Origin: Candidatus Hydrogenedentota bacterium
Lineage (GTDB): Bacteria > Hydrogenedentota > Hydrogenedentia > Hydrogenedentales > SLHB01
Reading direction: 5' to 3'
DNA length: 64,000 nt
Assembly: GCA_963745075.1 (NCBI GenBank)
Contig: CAVUWV010000008.1
Coordinates: forward strand, 224,001 to 288,000
The translations under genes and the position numbers were made by a program. The notes beneath the pieces were generated by a model. The model did no database searches and was not told where the DNA came from. It was given only the letters and a program-made list of their open reading frames with translations. This document shows positions 40,433 to 49,885 of this stretch, piece by piece; the stretch's first letter is position 1, and each line of letters opens with the position of its first letter.

Positions 40433-40496
40433 CAAGACTCGAACTTGCGACCTAGTGGTTAACAGCCACCCGCTCTACCAACTGAGCTATCGGGGA
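40421..40496 (-). tRNA. tRNA-Asn (GTT)
   Basis: TCCCCGATAGCTCAGTTGGTAGAGCGGGTGGCTGTTAACCACTAGGTCGCAAGTTCGAGTCTTGCTCGGGGAGCCA: 76 nt, full cloverleaf, encoded CCA. Confidence 0.97.
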
Positions 40497-41178
40497 TTAA
40501 ACTTGCTTCCGAAATTACTCGGACGGTTAATCCCGCCATGGGCGGGACTCTACCAACTGAGCTATCGGGGATTAAACTTGCTTCCGAAATTACTCGGACG
40601 GTTAATCCCGCCATGGGCGGGACTCTACCAACTGAGCTATCGGGGATTAAACTTGCTTCCGAAATTACTCGGACGGTTAATCCCGCCGTGGGCGGGACTC
40701 TACCAACTGAGCTATCGGGGATTAAACTTGCTTCCGAAATTACTCGGACGGTTAATCCCGCCGTGGGCGGGACTCTACCAACTGAGCTATCGGGGATTAA
40801 ACTTGCTTCCGAAATTACTCGGACGGTTAATCCCGCCGTGGGCGGGACTCTACCAACTGAGCTATCGGGGATTAAACTTGCTTCCGAAATTACTCGGACG
40901 GTTAATCCCGCCGTGGGCGGGACTCTACCAACTGAGCTATCGGGGATTAAACTTGCTTCCGAAATTACTCGGACGGTTAATCCCGCCGTGGGCGGGACTC
41001 TACCAACTGAGCTATCGGGGATTAAACTTGCTTCCGAAATTACTCGGACGGTTAATCCCGCCGTGGGCGGGACTCTACCAACTGAGCTATCGGGGATTAA
41101 ACTTGCTTCCGAAATTACTCGGCCGGTTAATCCCGCCATGGGCGGGACTCTACCAACTGAGCTATCGGGGATTAAACT
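40473..41178. repeat. Tandem array of nine 75-bp units plus a 31-bp partial unit, each containing the 5' 24 nt of tRNA-Asn and a 17-nt palindrome
   Basis: Unit starts at 40473, 40548, 40623 ... 41073, 41148. Unit: CTCTACCAACTGAGCTATCGGGGATTAAACTTGCTTCCGAAATTACTCGGACGGTTAATCCCGCCRTGGGCGGGA. Confidence 0.97.
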
Positions 41179-41248
41179 CGGTCCCGACCCCACGCCACGC
41201 TCTTCAAGCCCGCCAAGCGCCGGACTTTACCAATTGAGCTATCGGGGT
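41179..41248. repeat. Degenerate terminal unit of the array with a different spacer
   Basis: GCCCGCCAAGCGCCGGA (17 nt) followed by CTTTACCAATTGAGCTATCGGGG. Confidence 0.8.
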
Positions 41249-41261
41249 CAGTTTGACTCAA

Positions 41262-41291
41262 AGTCTACCGCATGGCCGGGACTTAATGCAA
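41262..41291 (-). promoter_or_regulatory. Putative sigma-70 promoter for the array and tRNA
   Basis: Minus strand TTGCAT, 18 nt, TAGACT, ending 14 nt before the first tRNA-like 5' end. Confidence 0.6.
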
Positions 41292-41569
41292 GTTTTTGCC
41301 ATGTTTGAGCACCGGGACGGTCGCGTAGCCGGTGATTCGCTCCGTTCACGCGCGGCTCCGCGCCGTCCGTTGAGACCCGGAATCTGCCCTGCGCTCGCGC
41401 GGATACGACCGCCCAACCTGACGCAACACCCGGCGCGAAGGGGGTGGTTGTACAGGACTGATTCTCTCGCCTCGCATTTGATAACCTGACGACCATGAGT
41501 TTGGGGTGGCATTGCGTCTGGTGTCCGGTCGTTGACACGCCACGAGAACCGTTTACAAAGGAATCCCTC

Positions 41570-43430
41570 ATGCACCGAAGTCGTCTGTTCGTAGCGTTTT
41601 GGGTAGGAATTCTCGTCTGGAGCGATCTTTGCCTCGCCCAAGCGGCGCAAAAGGGGATCGAACTGCAGGAAACGTCGCGCGACAAGCTGCGCGTGGAGTA
41701 CGTGGGCTATCGCGCCGCGCGGTATGAAACCGAGGCGCTGATCGAGCCGGACAACGAACGGCCGAACCAAGGCGGCCTGGTGTACGTCTATCTCACTAAC
41801 GTCACCGACGAACCGGTTCACTTGGCCTTTTACCAGATTAACGGCAAAGACGAATCGACGTGGCGGCTGGACGGTTTCCTGGCTTGGGACCGCGTCTACA
41901 GCAGCACCTTGCAACCCGGCCAGACCACGGTTCAGGAATTGAACGGGATCACCCGCGATTTCGGGAACGGACAACCCTTCGCGTTCACCTACATCGATCG
42001 CACGTGGAAACCAGCCATGCGGACCTATCGCACCACGCTGGAGGAGGACCCGGTCCAGATTTCATCGGTGCGCATCCGACCGGACATGGCCACGCTGGAC
42101 GTACACGTCCGTCACTCGGTAAAAGCAAAGCGGCATTAGGTTCGTTGGAAATTCTCGGTCATGAAACGGCAACGTGGAATGGGTCGGCGATACAATGCGC
42201 GGCCAATCCCACGCCATCGCCCGGTTGACGCTGGCTACACCGTTGAAACCGTCCGAACTCGCCATCCTGAAACTGGACGTGAACGACGCGGACGGCGAAC
42301 GGTTCGTCTATACCCACCGCCGAGCCTTCGTGGACCGGTTTCCCATCGGCACCTGGTCGGCGAACGAAAAGACCTGGGAAGAGTTGAAGCGGATTCACGT
42401 CGACACCGTCGTGGAAGGCGGCTCGCCGGAAAATCCGTTCTTCTCTAAGGCCGTTCCGACGTATGGGTTCCACGCCATGGTGCCGACGGACAAAGGCCGC
42501 GCCATCGACACCATTCGCAGTCTCGGCGGGTCCCCCGCGGTATCGTGCTGGATGCTGTCGGACGAACCGGACTGGTCCACCGCCGCGAACATCATGCTCT
42601 TCGCCGACGGTCTCGCGCGCCGCTATGACTCCACCATCCCCACCTTCATCACGCTCTGCCGCAACGTGAAATTCTTCGAGTACGCCGCCATCGCGGATAT
42701 CCCGTGCCAGGACCACTACTGCGTCACCGCGCCGACAAGCAGCAAATGGCCCCACGTGTACGGCACGCATCTCGAAGAAACGGCCTACTATACCCGCGAC
42801 CTGAAAGCCGCCTGCGAACCCAAGCCAATCTGGGTGTGGTCCCAGGCGATCGCGAACTGGGAGGAGCGCCCCCTGCGCCCCCTTCCTACGCCGGAGGAAC
42901 TCGCCGCGCAACTCGTCTACAACCTCGGTCGCGGGGCCAAGGGCATCCTCTGGTTCAATTATGACCACGACGTGGCCGAGAAATATCCCGAAGTGCGCGA
43001 CGCCATGCGCGACTGGGGACGCGTGATGCGCATGATCCGGGAAGATTTGCTCGCCTCCGATCCGGTGCAGTTGCACTCGGAGGCGCCGAAGAAAGTCGAC
43101 GTGGCCACGCTGGCCACACGGGATAAGGTCTTCGTGTTCGTGTCGAACCAGGACTACGAAATCGACAAACAGGCCTACCCGTTCCACACGCAGCGGAACG
43201 TGACCGTTCACCTCGATCTGCCCGATTGGGTTGCGCCGAAGGCAGCGCTGGAAGTGTCGCCCGACGGCGTTGCCGAATTGCCCTGCGAAATGAGCCGCAG
43301 TGGCGCGAGGTTGACGCTGAATGAGCTGCACGTTGCCCGGGTCTTCGTACTCGCGAACGACGCTGAATCCAGGTCATCATACGAAACCGAATACCAGCAA
43401 GCATTGTCCGACGAGCAAAAGACGTACTGA
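41570..43430 (+). CDS. Secreted putative glycoside-hydrolase-like protein, split by frameshift(s) near 42130-42170
   Basis: Signal peptide MHRSRLFVAFWVGILVWSDLCLA. WMLSDEPD, DHY, PIWVWSQ, PTPEEL and GAKGILWF motifs resemble GH-A-like TIM barrels. Confidence 0.6.
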
Positions 43431-43574
43431 TTCCGCGAATCTGGAAATCGTCACGTCGCCGGGCGTAGGATCGCACTCCACCCTCTGCAAGGCGGGGTGG
43501 TAAGACGATCGTTACCCGTGTGTGCTTCCGTGGCGATCCGTTCCTGATGGCGTGCCTTGCGGAGTTGTTTTGAC

Positions 43575-44783
43575 ATGTACGATGCAATCGTTGTGGGTGC
43601 CCGGTGCGCGGGATCTCCGCTCGCCATGCTGCTGGCGCAAAAAGGATATTCGGTGCTACTGGTCGATCGGGCCACATTCCCGAGCGACACCGTGTCCACC
43701 CATTTCATTTGGCAAGCCGGCGTTTCCTATTTGAAACGGTGGGGGCTGCTGGATGCCGTGGCGGCCAGCAATTGTCCGCCCATCCGTAAAGTGCGACTCG
43801 ACGCCGGCGACGTGATCCTCGAGGGGAGTCCCCCACCCACGGAAGACGGCGTCGCGGACGCGTACGGTCCGCGCCGCAAGGTATTGGACCCAATCCTGCT
43901 CGACGCCGCCATCGCTGCGGGCGTCGAGTTTCGCGAGGGATTCTGGGTACGCGAACTCGTGGAAGAACGCGGTCGTGTCGTGGGATTGCGCGGCGCCACC
44001 AAGAATGGGCCTGCGACCACGGAGCGGGCACGCATCGTCATCGGCGCCGACGGCATGCGTTCATCCATCGCGCGCATGGCCGGCGCGGATGAATACAACC
44101 TGTCGCAGCCGCTTTGTCCCAGTTACTACACCTATTGGAGCGGCGTGCCTTGCGACGCCTTTGAAATGGTGGCGCGAACCGGCTGGGGGATGGGTGCGCT
44201 GCCCACGAATGACGGCCTCACCTGCGTCGTCGTCGGCTTCAACGAATCGCTGTTCCCCAATTACCGATCCGACGTCGAAGGAACCTACCACCGCTCCCTC
44301 GCGTTGTGCCCCCGTTTCCATGAACTCCTGCAGGATCGCAAACCCGAAGAACGCATTATGGGAATTGTCGAATCCGAAAGCTTCTTCCGAAAACCCCACG
44401 GGCCCGGCTGGGCCTTAGTCGGCGATGCCGGGTATTACCGTCATCCCCTCACCGCACAAGGCATTACCGACGCCTTTCGCGATGCGACGCTACTGGCGGA
44501 CGCCCTTCACGAAGCGTTCTCGGAAGACCGGAATGAGGAAGCCGCGCTCCAGGACTATGAGCGCAAGCGCAATGAAGCCGTCTTGCCCATGTTTGAAAGC
44601 ACCTGCCAACGGGCCGCCTTGAACCCGTTGCCCCCGGAAATGATGCAGTTCTTCCACGCCCTGGCGAAGAATCAGGAAGAGACCGACCGGTTCTTTGGTA
44701 CCGATGCGGGCACGGTGCCCATGCAGGAGTTCTTCTCGCCGCAGAACATGGAACGCATCATGGCCGGTGCGGCGACGGTCTGA
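43575..44783 (+). CDS. FAD-dependent oxidoreductase (geranylgeranyl-reductase/monooxygenase-like)
   Basis: YDAIVVGARCAG, LLVDRATFPSDT, IGADG, WALVGDAG...PLTAQGI. Confidence 0.9.
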   Translation: MYDAIVVGARCAGSPLAMLLAQKGYSVLLVDRATFPSDTVSTHFIWQAGVSYLKRWGLLDAVAASNCPPIRKVRLDAGDVILEGSPPPTEDGVADAYGPRRKVLDPILLDAAIAAGVEFREGFWVRELVEERGRVVGLRGATKNGPATTERARIVIGADGMRSSIARMAGADEYNLSQPLCPSYYTYWSGVPCDAFEMVARTGWGMGALPTNDGLTCVVVGFNESLFPNYRSDVEGTYHRSLALCPRFHELLQDRKPEERIMGIVESESFFRKPHGPGWALVGDAGYYRHPLTAQGITDAFRDATLLADALHEAFSEDRNEEAALQDYERKRNEAVLPMFESTCQRAALNPLPPEMMQFFHALAKNQEETDRFFGTDAGTVPMQEFFSPQNMERIMAGAATV

Positions 44784-44789
44784 AGACGG

Positions 44790-45986
44790 CTATCGTGTCT
44801 TCGCGGGCGCGTCGATCAAATCCCGAATGTCCCCATAGTTCTTGAGGTCGATCAAGTCCGGATTATACGGAGCGTCCGGCGCGGACGCCATGATGTCACG
44901 GTCCATGTAGTACTCGTTGTTCGGCTTGAAGCCCGGCACGGTGATCACGTTGACGAACACGTCGATCCCGCGATGCCCGGTGCCGGGCCGAATGTGAACA
45001 AAGTCCCCGGGTTCGAGCCGGTGCTCCTCGTGGCAGGTTAAGTCGTGCAGGTCCGGGTACGTTATCAACGACGCCTCCCGGCCATGCGTGTCGAGGCCGT
45101 ACGCGGCCGGGTCCAGCACCAGGTAAAACTCGTTCTGCGCGCTGTCGCCAATGACGCCCTGCGGCGGATGAAAGTGGGATGGCGACGTTTCCTTCGCGAT
45201 GTTGACGACGTGGCTGTTCACGAAATTCACGCCGTCGCCTCGCTCTCCCGGTTCGCTGAGGTACCAGGTCAAGGGCAAGCGGCGAAACGGTTCGAAGTCG
45301 AAGTTGCATCCCCCGGAACTGTCTTTGAGATAGCGCAGCCGCATCGTCGCAGAAACATGACTCGTCATACGAGCGACGTTTTCCAGCGTCAAACACGCAA
45401 ACGATCCACGCACGGGCAATCCCACGCCGGCACACACCACAAGCTGATCACCTTCCATAATCCGTTCCCACGAATCCACGGATTTCCGCGAGTACCCGGC
45501 GTCCGCACATAGACCGAACAAGTTTCGTAAGGCGGAATCGATAGCCGGGTCTTCCGACCATGGCGCGGGGATGTGCTCGAGTTTCCACAAATCGTTTGCA
45601 AAATCGCCGACGTACGATTCCCCCTGCCATCGACTCAGGATGGCATCCACAGGAGCGCCGGCCGCTTCGACCACGGAATCGCGCCGTTCCCGGAGGGTCG
45701 TCAGAAGTTCTAGCAACCCGGCGGGCATGGGCTGGGGTTCGTACGCGGAAGGCAGCGCACCCCCGTCACCTTCTTTGGTCCGGAATCCGGCGGGGAGAAA
45801 GACTTCGCCCGCTCCTTCATAAAGCCAGAAGATCCTCATCCCACCGCGTGCGCTTTGGAGAATGGTCTCGCCATCGCGGAGGACGAAGCGGTCGAATTCG
45901 AGCGACGGATGATCCCGTTTGAAATGTCGGGCGAACGACCGTATCGCGTCGTCGTCCCCCATGCGCATCACGCGCACTTCGGGCAT
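44790..45986 (-). CDS. Hypothetical protein with a probable C-terminal cupin domain
   Basis: SHFHP...NEFYLVL...LEPGDFVHIRPGTGHRG resembles cupin motifs 1 and 2. Confidence 0.6.
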   Translation of the reverse strand: MPEVRVMRMGDDDAIRSFARHFKRDHPSLEFDRFVLRDGETILQSARGGMRIFWLYEGAGEVFLPAGFRTKEGDGGALPSAYEPQPMPAGLLELLTTLRERRDSVVEAAGAPVDAILSRWQGESYVGDFANDLWKLEHIPAPWSEDPAIDSALRNLFGLCADAGYSRKSVDSWERIMEGDQLVVCAGVGLPVRGSFACLTLENVARMTSHVSATMRLRYLKDSSGGCNFDFEPFRRLPLTWYLSEPGERGDGVNFVNSHVVNIAKETSPSHFHPPQGVIGDSAQNEFYLVLDPAAYGLDTHGREASLITYPDLHDLTCHEEHRLEPGDFVHIRPGTGHRGIDVFVNVITVPGFKPNNEYYMDRDIMASAPDAPYNPDLIDLKNYGDIRDLIDAPAKTR

Positions 45987-46010
45987 GGCATCAGCTCCCG
46001 TGTTGGCGCG

Positions 46011-48773
46011 CTATTCCCCGGTATACCCGAGGGCGCGCAACTCTTCGACGATATCCTCGGTAAGCGGTTTCGCGGCTGAACGCTTGGCCGCAGGCGACAC
46101 GTACCAGATCCGCAGGACGTTTTTGCCCGTCAAATCCGTCTGCGGCCGGGCATATTCCGCCGCCGACGGGTCGAGCGGGATCGTGAATTGGGTGCCGGTC
46201 TGGACCGGCGCGTCGCCGACCGCCAGACTGAATTCGGATTCCCCGTTCACGGTGACCACCAGCTTAGTCATCGGGTCAGTCGTACGCAGTATCAGTTCGT
46301 CGTCACCATCGCGGCCCATCCGCACGATCACGGAACGACCCTTGAGAATCATGTTTTGGCGATCCCATCCCCGCGTGAGAATGGCCGTATCCAACGCGCT
46401 GTCCGCGGCGACTTCGAGATCGCCCCGCCAATTCGGGTCCGCCAGGGAGTAGGCGAAATGCCAGCCTTCCGGGCTGACCCGGTAAAAATCCAGCAGGTCG
46501 CTTTGCAGTTCACCTACCGAGTCCTTGGCGTCGGCGTACAGGTTATTCTGCTCGGCCCGATCCGTCTTCATGTCGTAGAGTTCGTAACGGTCGCCGCGTA
46601 CGTTCCGGATCAGTTTGACGTCGTCCGTGCGGATCGCTTTTTGATTCATCCGTTGCACGTACGCTTTGCCCGAGGGCGTTTGCCCGCCGTTCAAGAGTTT
46701 CGACAGATCCTGGCCGTCAACGGGTTTCGGCAACGGAACACCCAACACGCCCAGAATGGTCGGGTACAGATCGGCCAATTGCACGACGTGCGGGTACCGC
46801 GTCCCGCCGTGCTGGCCGTGCGGGAACCGAATCAACAGGGGGACGTGCGCGCTCTGCTCGTATACGTTGCCGTGCCCGTAAGTTCCGTGTTCGCCAAACT
46901 CCTCGCCGTGGTCTGCGGTTACGATGATGAGCGCGCGGTCGTAGAGGCCGAGACGCTTCAGCTTGTCAAAGAAGGCATGGATATTCTGGTCCACCATGCG
47001 GATGCAGTCGTCGTAGAGAGCGATGCAATACGCCACCTCGTCGGGCGTAATCTCAATCTCACCCCGATCGACCGAGAGCATGAAGTCCTCACCATTCACC
47101 TCGTCGCGACCCTCGCGCTCGAAGGTCGGCGGCGAATCGAACTCCTTGGCAAAATGCAGATAGCTGGGATCGTCGGGCCCGTACGGCAGGCCGTCATACT
47201 GCCGGGCCGGCTTCGAGTGGGCGTCGAAATTATGGAAGAACACAAACAGGTTCGGGACCGGATGATTGTCGATCCAGCCCTCTAACAAGGCGCGGGTGTC
47301 GTAGACGGCGCGAAAACGCCAATCCGGAATGTTGTAGATATCGAAGCCGTGCGAGAATCCGCGCCAGGGATACAACCAGAAGCTGAATCCTGTGTAGCCC
47401 GCGGTCAAGTACCCTGCACCGCGCAGCGCTTCGGGAAGCGTAACGGTCGACTCCGGGAGGTTGGCGTTGGCGGTCATTCCGTGGTTCTTCGGATACAACC
47501 CCGTAAAGATGGTGCCGTGGGACGGCAAGGTCCACGTCTCATTGGAAATCGCATTCTCGAAGAGCACGGCCTCCTTCGCAAAAGCGTCGAGGTTCGGCGA
47601 GGTCTCGCGAAGGTAGCCGTAGCACGACAAGTGATCCGCGCGCACGGTGTCGCACACGATCAGAACGACGGGCGTCGCGCTCGTGTTCGACGCCCCACTG
47701 TAAATCATGGGATCGCCCCAGAACGCGTAGTCTGAATCCGGCGTCTCGCCATGGTCGACACGCAGGTTCAGCGTCACCGGTTGTCCGGCGTATTGGGACA
47801 GATCGAGATCGAGCGGCAGCCAGAACCGATGCGTCTCGACGGTCGCGGGCGATAACGTTTCGTCCGCCAGCGTGTGGGCGCCGTCCGGCGCGTCCAATTC
47901 GACGATAAACCGGGCCTCGCCGTTGCGCCCGTTCTCCCAGGAACGAGGGTGCATGCCGAGGTGTACGTCGAGCCTTCCGTTTTCGGGCACGGTGAACGAC
48001 CAAGGCGGTTGCGTGCCATACAACGCCTCATGTGTCTGCGTGTCCAGCGTCACCCGCGCCGGCCCTTCCGGAGGCACGTACAGGAATTTTAGTTCACGGA
48101 CTTCGACATTGGCCGGTTGGTCCGACGGATAGAAGGCGATACTCTTGATCGTACCCAGCCACGTCTCGGCATTGTAAGGATCGAGAGCAAGGCGGTACGT
48201 GTGCAATTCATTATCCGCAAAGATCGGTGTACCGACCCCTTCGTTCCGCAAGACCGACGGTTCCAGATCGCTGGACCAGCTCAAAATGCACCGGGATCCC
48301 CGGTCGGCGCGCAACGTCACTTCCAATACATTGTAATGACTCGCCAAGAACCGGTGGTTCGTTTCGATGCTGCTGTACTTGTCGCCCGCCTTCACCCGAA
48401 TGTACTCGGGGGTCTTCTCGATCATCTTGGCGATTGCCGCCTTGTCTTCGGCACCGCCACTCCGCATGCCGAGCGACACTCGCATGGTTTCCAGGGGAAT
48501 GACGAGAGGGTCTCGTTGTGTGTTCTGCCGGTGGGCGAGGATGTCTTGCGTCAGACGCAAGGTCTGCGCTGCGCTGTCCTGCGTTGCAATGGGTTGCGCC
48601 ACGACGACCGCCGTATCCGACGGATCGTGGACGTCCTCCTTCGACACCGGCCCGCGTCTGCACGCGGGCAAGACCAGCAGACCGGCCGCCAGCAGCAACA
48701 GGATGCGGGCATGGTTAAGCCGGAGAATCATGCGTGTGAGTGTACCTCGTGTTACCGGATTCGTGGTCATCAT
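46011..48773 (-). CDS. Sulfatase-like hydrolase/transferase lipoprotein with N-terminal accessory domains
   Basis: VVLIVCDTVRADHLSCYGY, TSPNLD, WTLPSHGTIFTG, TADHGEEFGEHG, HVPLLIRFP, ELYD, ELRALGY. Confidence 0.88.
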   Translation of the reverse strand: MMTTNPVTRGTLTRMILRLNHARILLLLAAGLLVLPACRRGPVSKEDVHDPSDTAVVVAQPIATQDSAAQTLRLTQDILAHRQNTQRDPLVIPLETMRVSLGMRSGGAEDKAAIAKMIEKTPEYIRVKAGDKYSSIETNHRFLASHYNVLEVTLRADRGSRCILSWSSDLEPSVLRNEGVGTPIFADNELHTYRLALDPYNAETWLGTIKSIAFYPSDQPANVEVRELKFLYVPPEGPARVTLDTQTHEALYGTQPPWSFTVPENGRLDVHLGMHPRSWENGRNGEARFIVELDAPDGAHTLADETLSPATVETHRFWLPLDLDLSQYAGQPVTLNLRVDHGETPDSDYAFWGDPMIYSGASNTSATPVVLIVCDTVRADHLSCYGYLRETSPNLDAFAKEAVLFENAISNETWTLPSHGTIFTGLYPKNHGMTANANLPESTVTLPEALRGAGYLTAGYTGFSFWLYPWRGFSHGFDIYNIPDWRFRAVYDTRALLEGWIDNHPVPNLFVFFHNFDAHSKPARQYDGLPYGPDDPSYLHFAKEFDSPPTFEREGRDEVNGEDFMLSVDRGEIEITPDEVAYCIALYDDCIRMVDQNIHAFFDKLKRLGLYDRALIIVTADHGEEFGEHGTYGHGNVYEQSAHVPLLIRFPHGQHGGTRYPHVVQLADLYPTILGVLGVPLPKPVDGQDLSKLLNGGQTPSGKAYVQRMNQKAIRTDDVKLIRNVRGDRYELYDMKTDRAEQNNLYADAKDSVGELQSDLLDFYRVSPEGWHFAYSLADPNWRGDLEVAADSALDTAILTRGWDRQNMILKGRSVIVRMGRDGDDELILRTTDPMTKLVVTVNGESEFSLAVGDAPVQTGTQFTIPLDPSAAEYARPQTDLTGKNVLRIWYVSPAAKRSAAKPLTEDIVEELRALGYTGE

Positions 48774-48896
48774 CGGAATGTAGCCGAGCGGCCCATTTGG
48801 ATCCGGAGTGAATGCCGCACACTAGCCGACCCCCGAATGACGTGTCAACTCCGCGACGTGTTGTCGTGGAACGCGAGGCAGAAACGCCCCGGACAT

Positions 48897-49660
48897 TCAA
48901 ATCTCTATCACCGTGATCTCCGGTCGACAGGCGAACCGAACGGACAACAGAAAGGTGCCGATCCCGGGATTCACATACAGCGGACCGCCGGGGGTTTGGA
49001 AACGTCCGCGGCTATAGGACCCCACCCGGTCCGGCACGACGGGGGCTCCGAAAAAGGGCACCCGGCATTGGCCGCCGTGAGAGTGGCCCGCGAGAATCAG
49101 GTCGAACGGTTCGCCGTGCACCATGTCCGCGTCCATGGGATAGTGAGTGAGCAGGATATGTTTGCGCGAGCCCGGCGCCGGTTCGGATTGCGGGATGCGG
49201 TTGTCGTTGCCGACGATTTGGAGGTCGCCGATTTGCACATCCGTGTTGCGCATCCATGCGCCGCCGGTGGATTCGAAACACGCGGCAATATCGGACTGAC
49301 TACCCCGCGCGATGTAATCCCAATTGCCGGGCACGCCGTAGGTGGGCGGTGTGAGTTTGCTCAGGCCATCGAGCGCTTCGGTAAGAAACGATCTTTCTTC
49401 CACGATGTCGCCCGTGAAACAGACGAAGTCCGGGGACAGGGTGTTGACGTGGTCGACGACCTTCGCCAAGTCGCGCGGTCGCCCTTGTGATGAAGATCGG
49501 TGAAATGTACGAACCGGGTCGTGGGATCTCCGGACATCTTCAGTTTGCGCACCCGAAGCCACTCCGGCTCCAGCCAGAACGCATCCGCGACGCACACCGC
49601 TGGAACCGAGTAAAACGCTGTGCGCAAGAACCATCGGCGCGGAATACGCGGCATGCCCAT
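48897..49660 (-). CDS. Calcineurin-like metallophosphoesterase (YkuE-like), frameshifted near 49480
   Basis: TDLH (first frame), then TGD, GNWD, LTH and LAGHSHGGQ (second frame). Tat-like RRWFL N-terminus. Confidence 0.85.
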
Positions 49661-49764
49661 GATGGAACACCTCCACGGTCTCAATCCAAATCGCGTCCCT
49701 TACCATGGTATCACCGCAACGTGGTGGGGGTACCATCTTTGGCGATTTCGATAGGGGTCGCGAA

Positions 49765-49788
49765 GGACGGTTGGCCAGCCTTCCCTAC
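49765..49788. repeat. Single degenerate GTAG-type REP
   Basis: Minus strand GTAG-GGAAGGCTGGCCAACCGTCC, an imperfect palindrome. Confidence 0.4.
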
Positions 49789-49885
49789 CCCTATCGCATC
49801 GTGCAATGGGGTTATCCCGCCCGCTCGTGATATCCTGTAAGGCAAGTACGGTGCTGAATTCTTACCCGAATCGAGAACGTGCGCG

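Noticed and set aside
40473..41178. CRISPR array
   Set aside because: The units are essentially identical with no unique spacers, the repeat derives from tRNA, and there are no cas genes.
40455..41308. Repeat-protein ORFs (260, 244 and 256 aa) over the array
   Set aside because: They are open only because 75 is a multiple of 3. They overlap the tRNA or its repeats on both strands and have no RBS.
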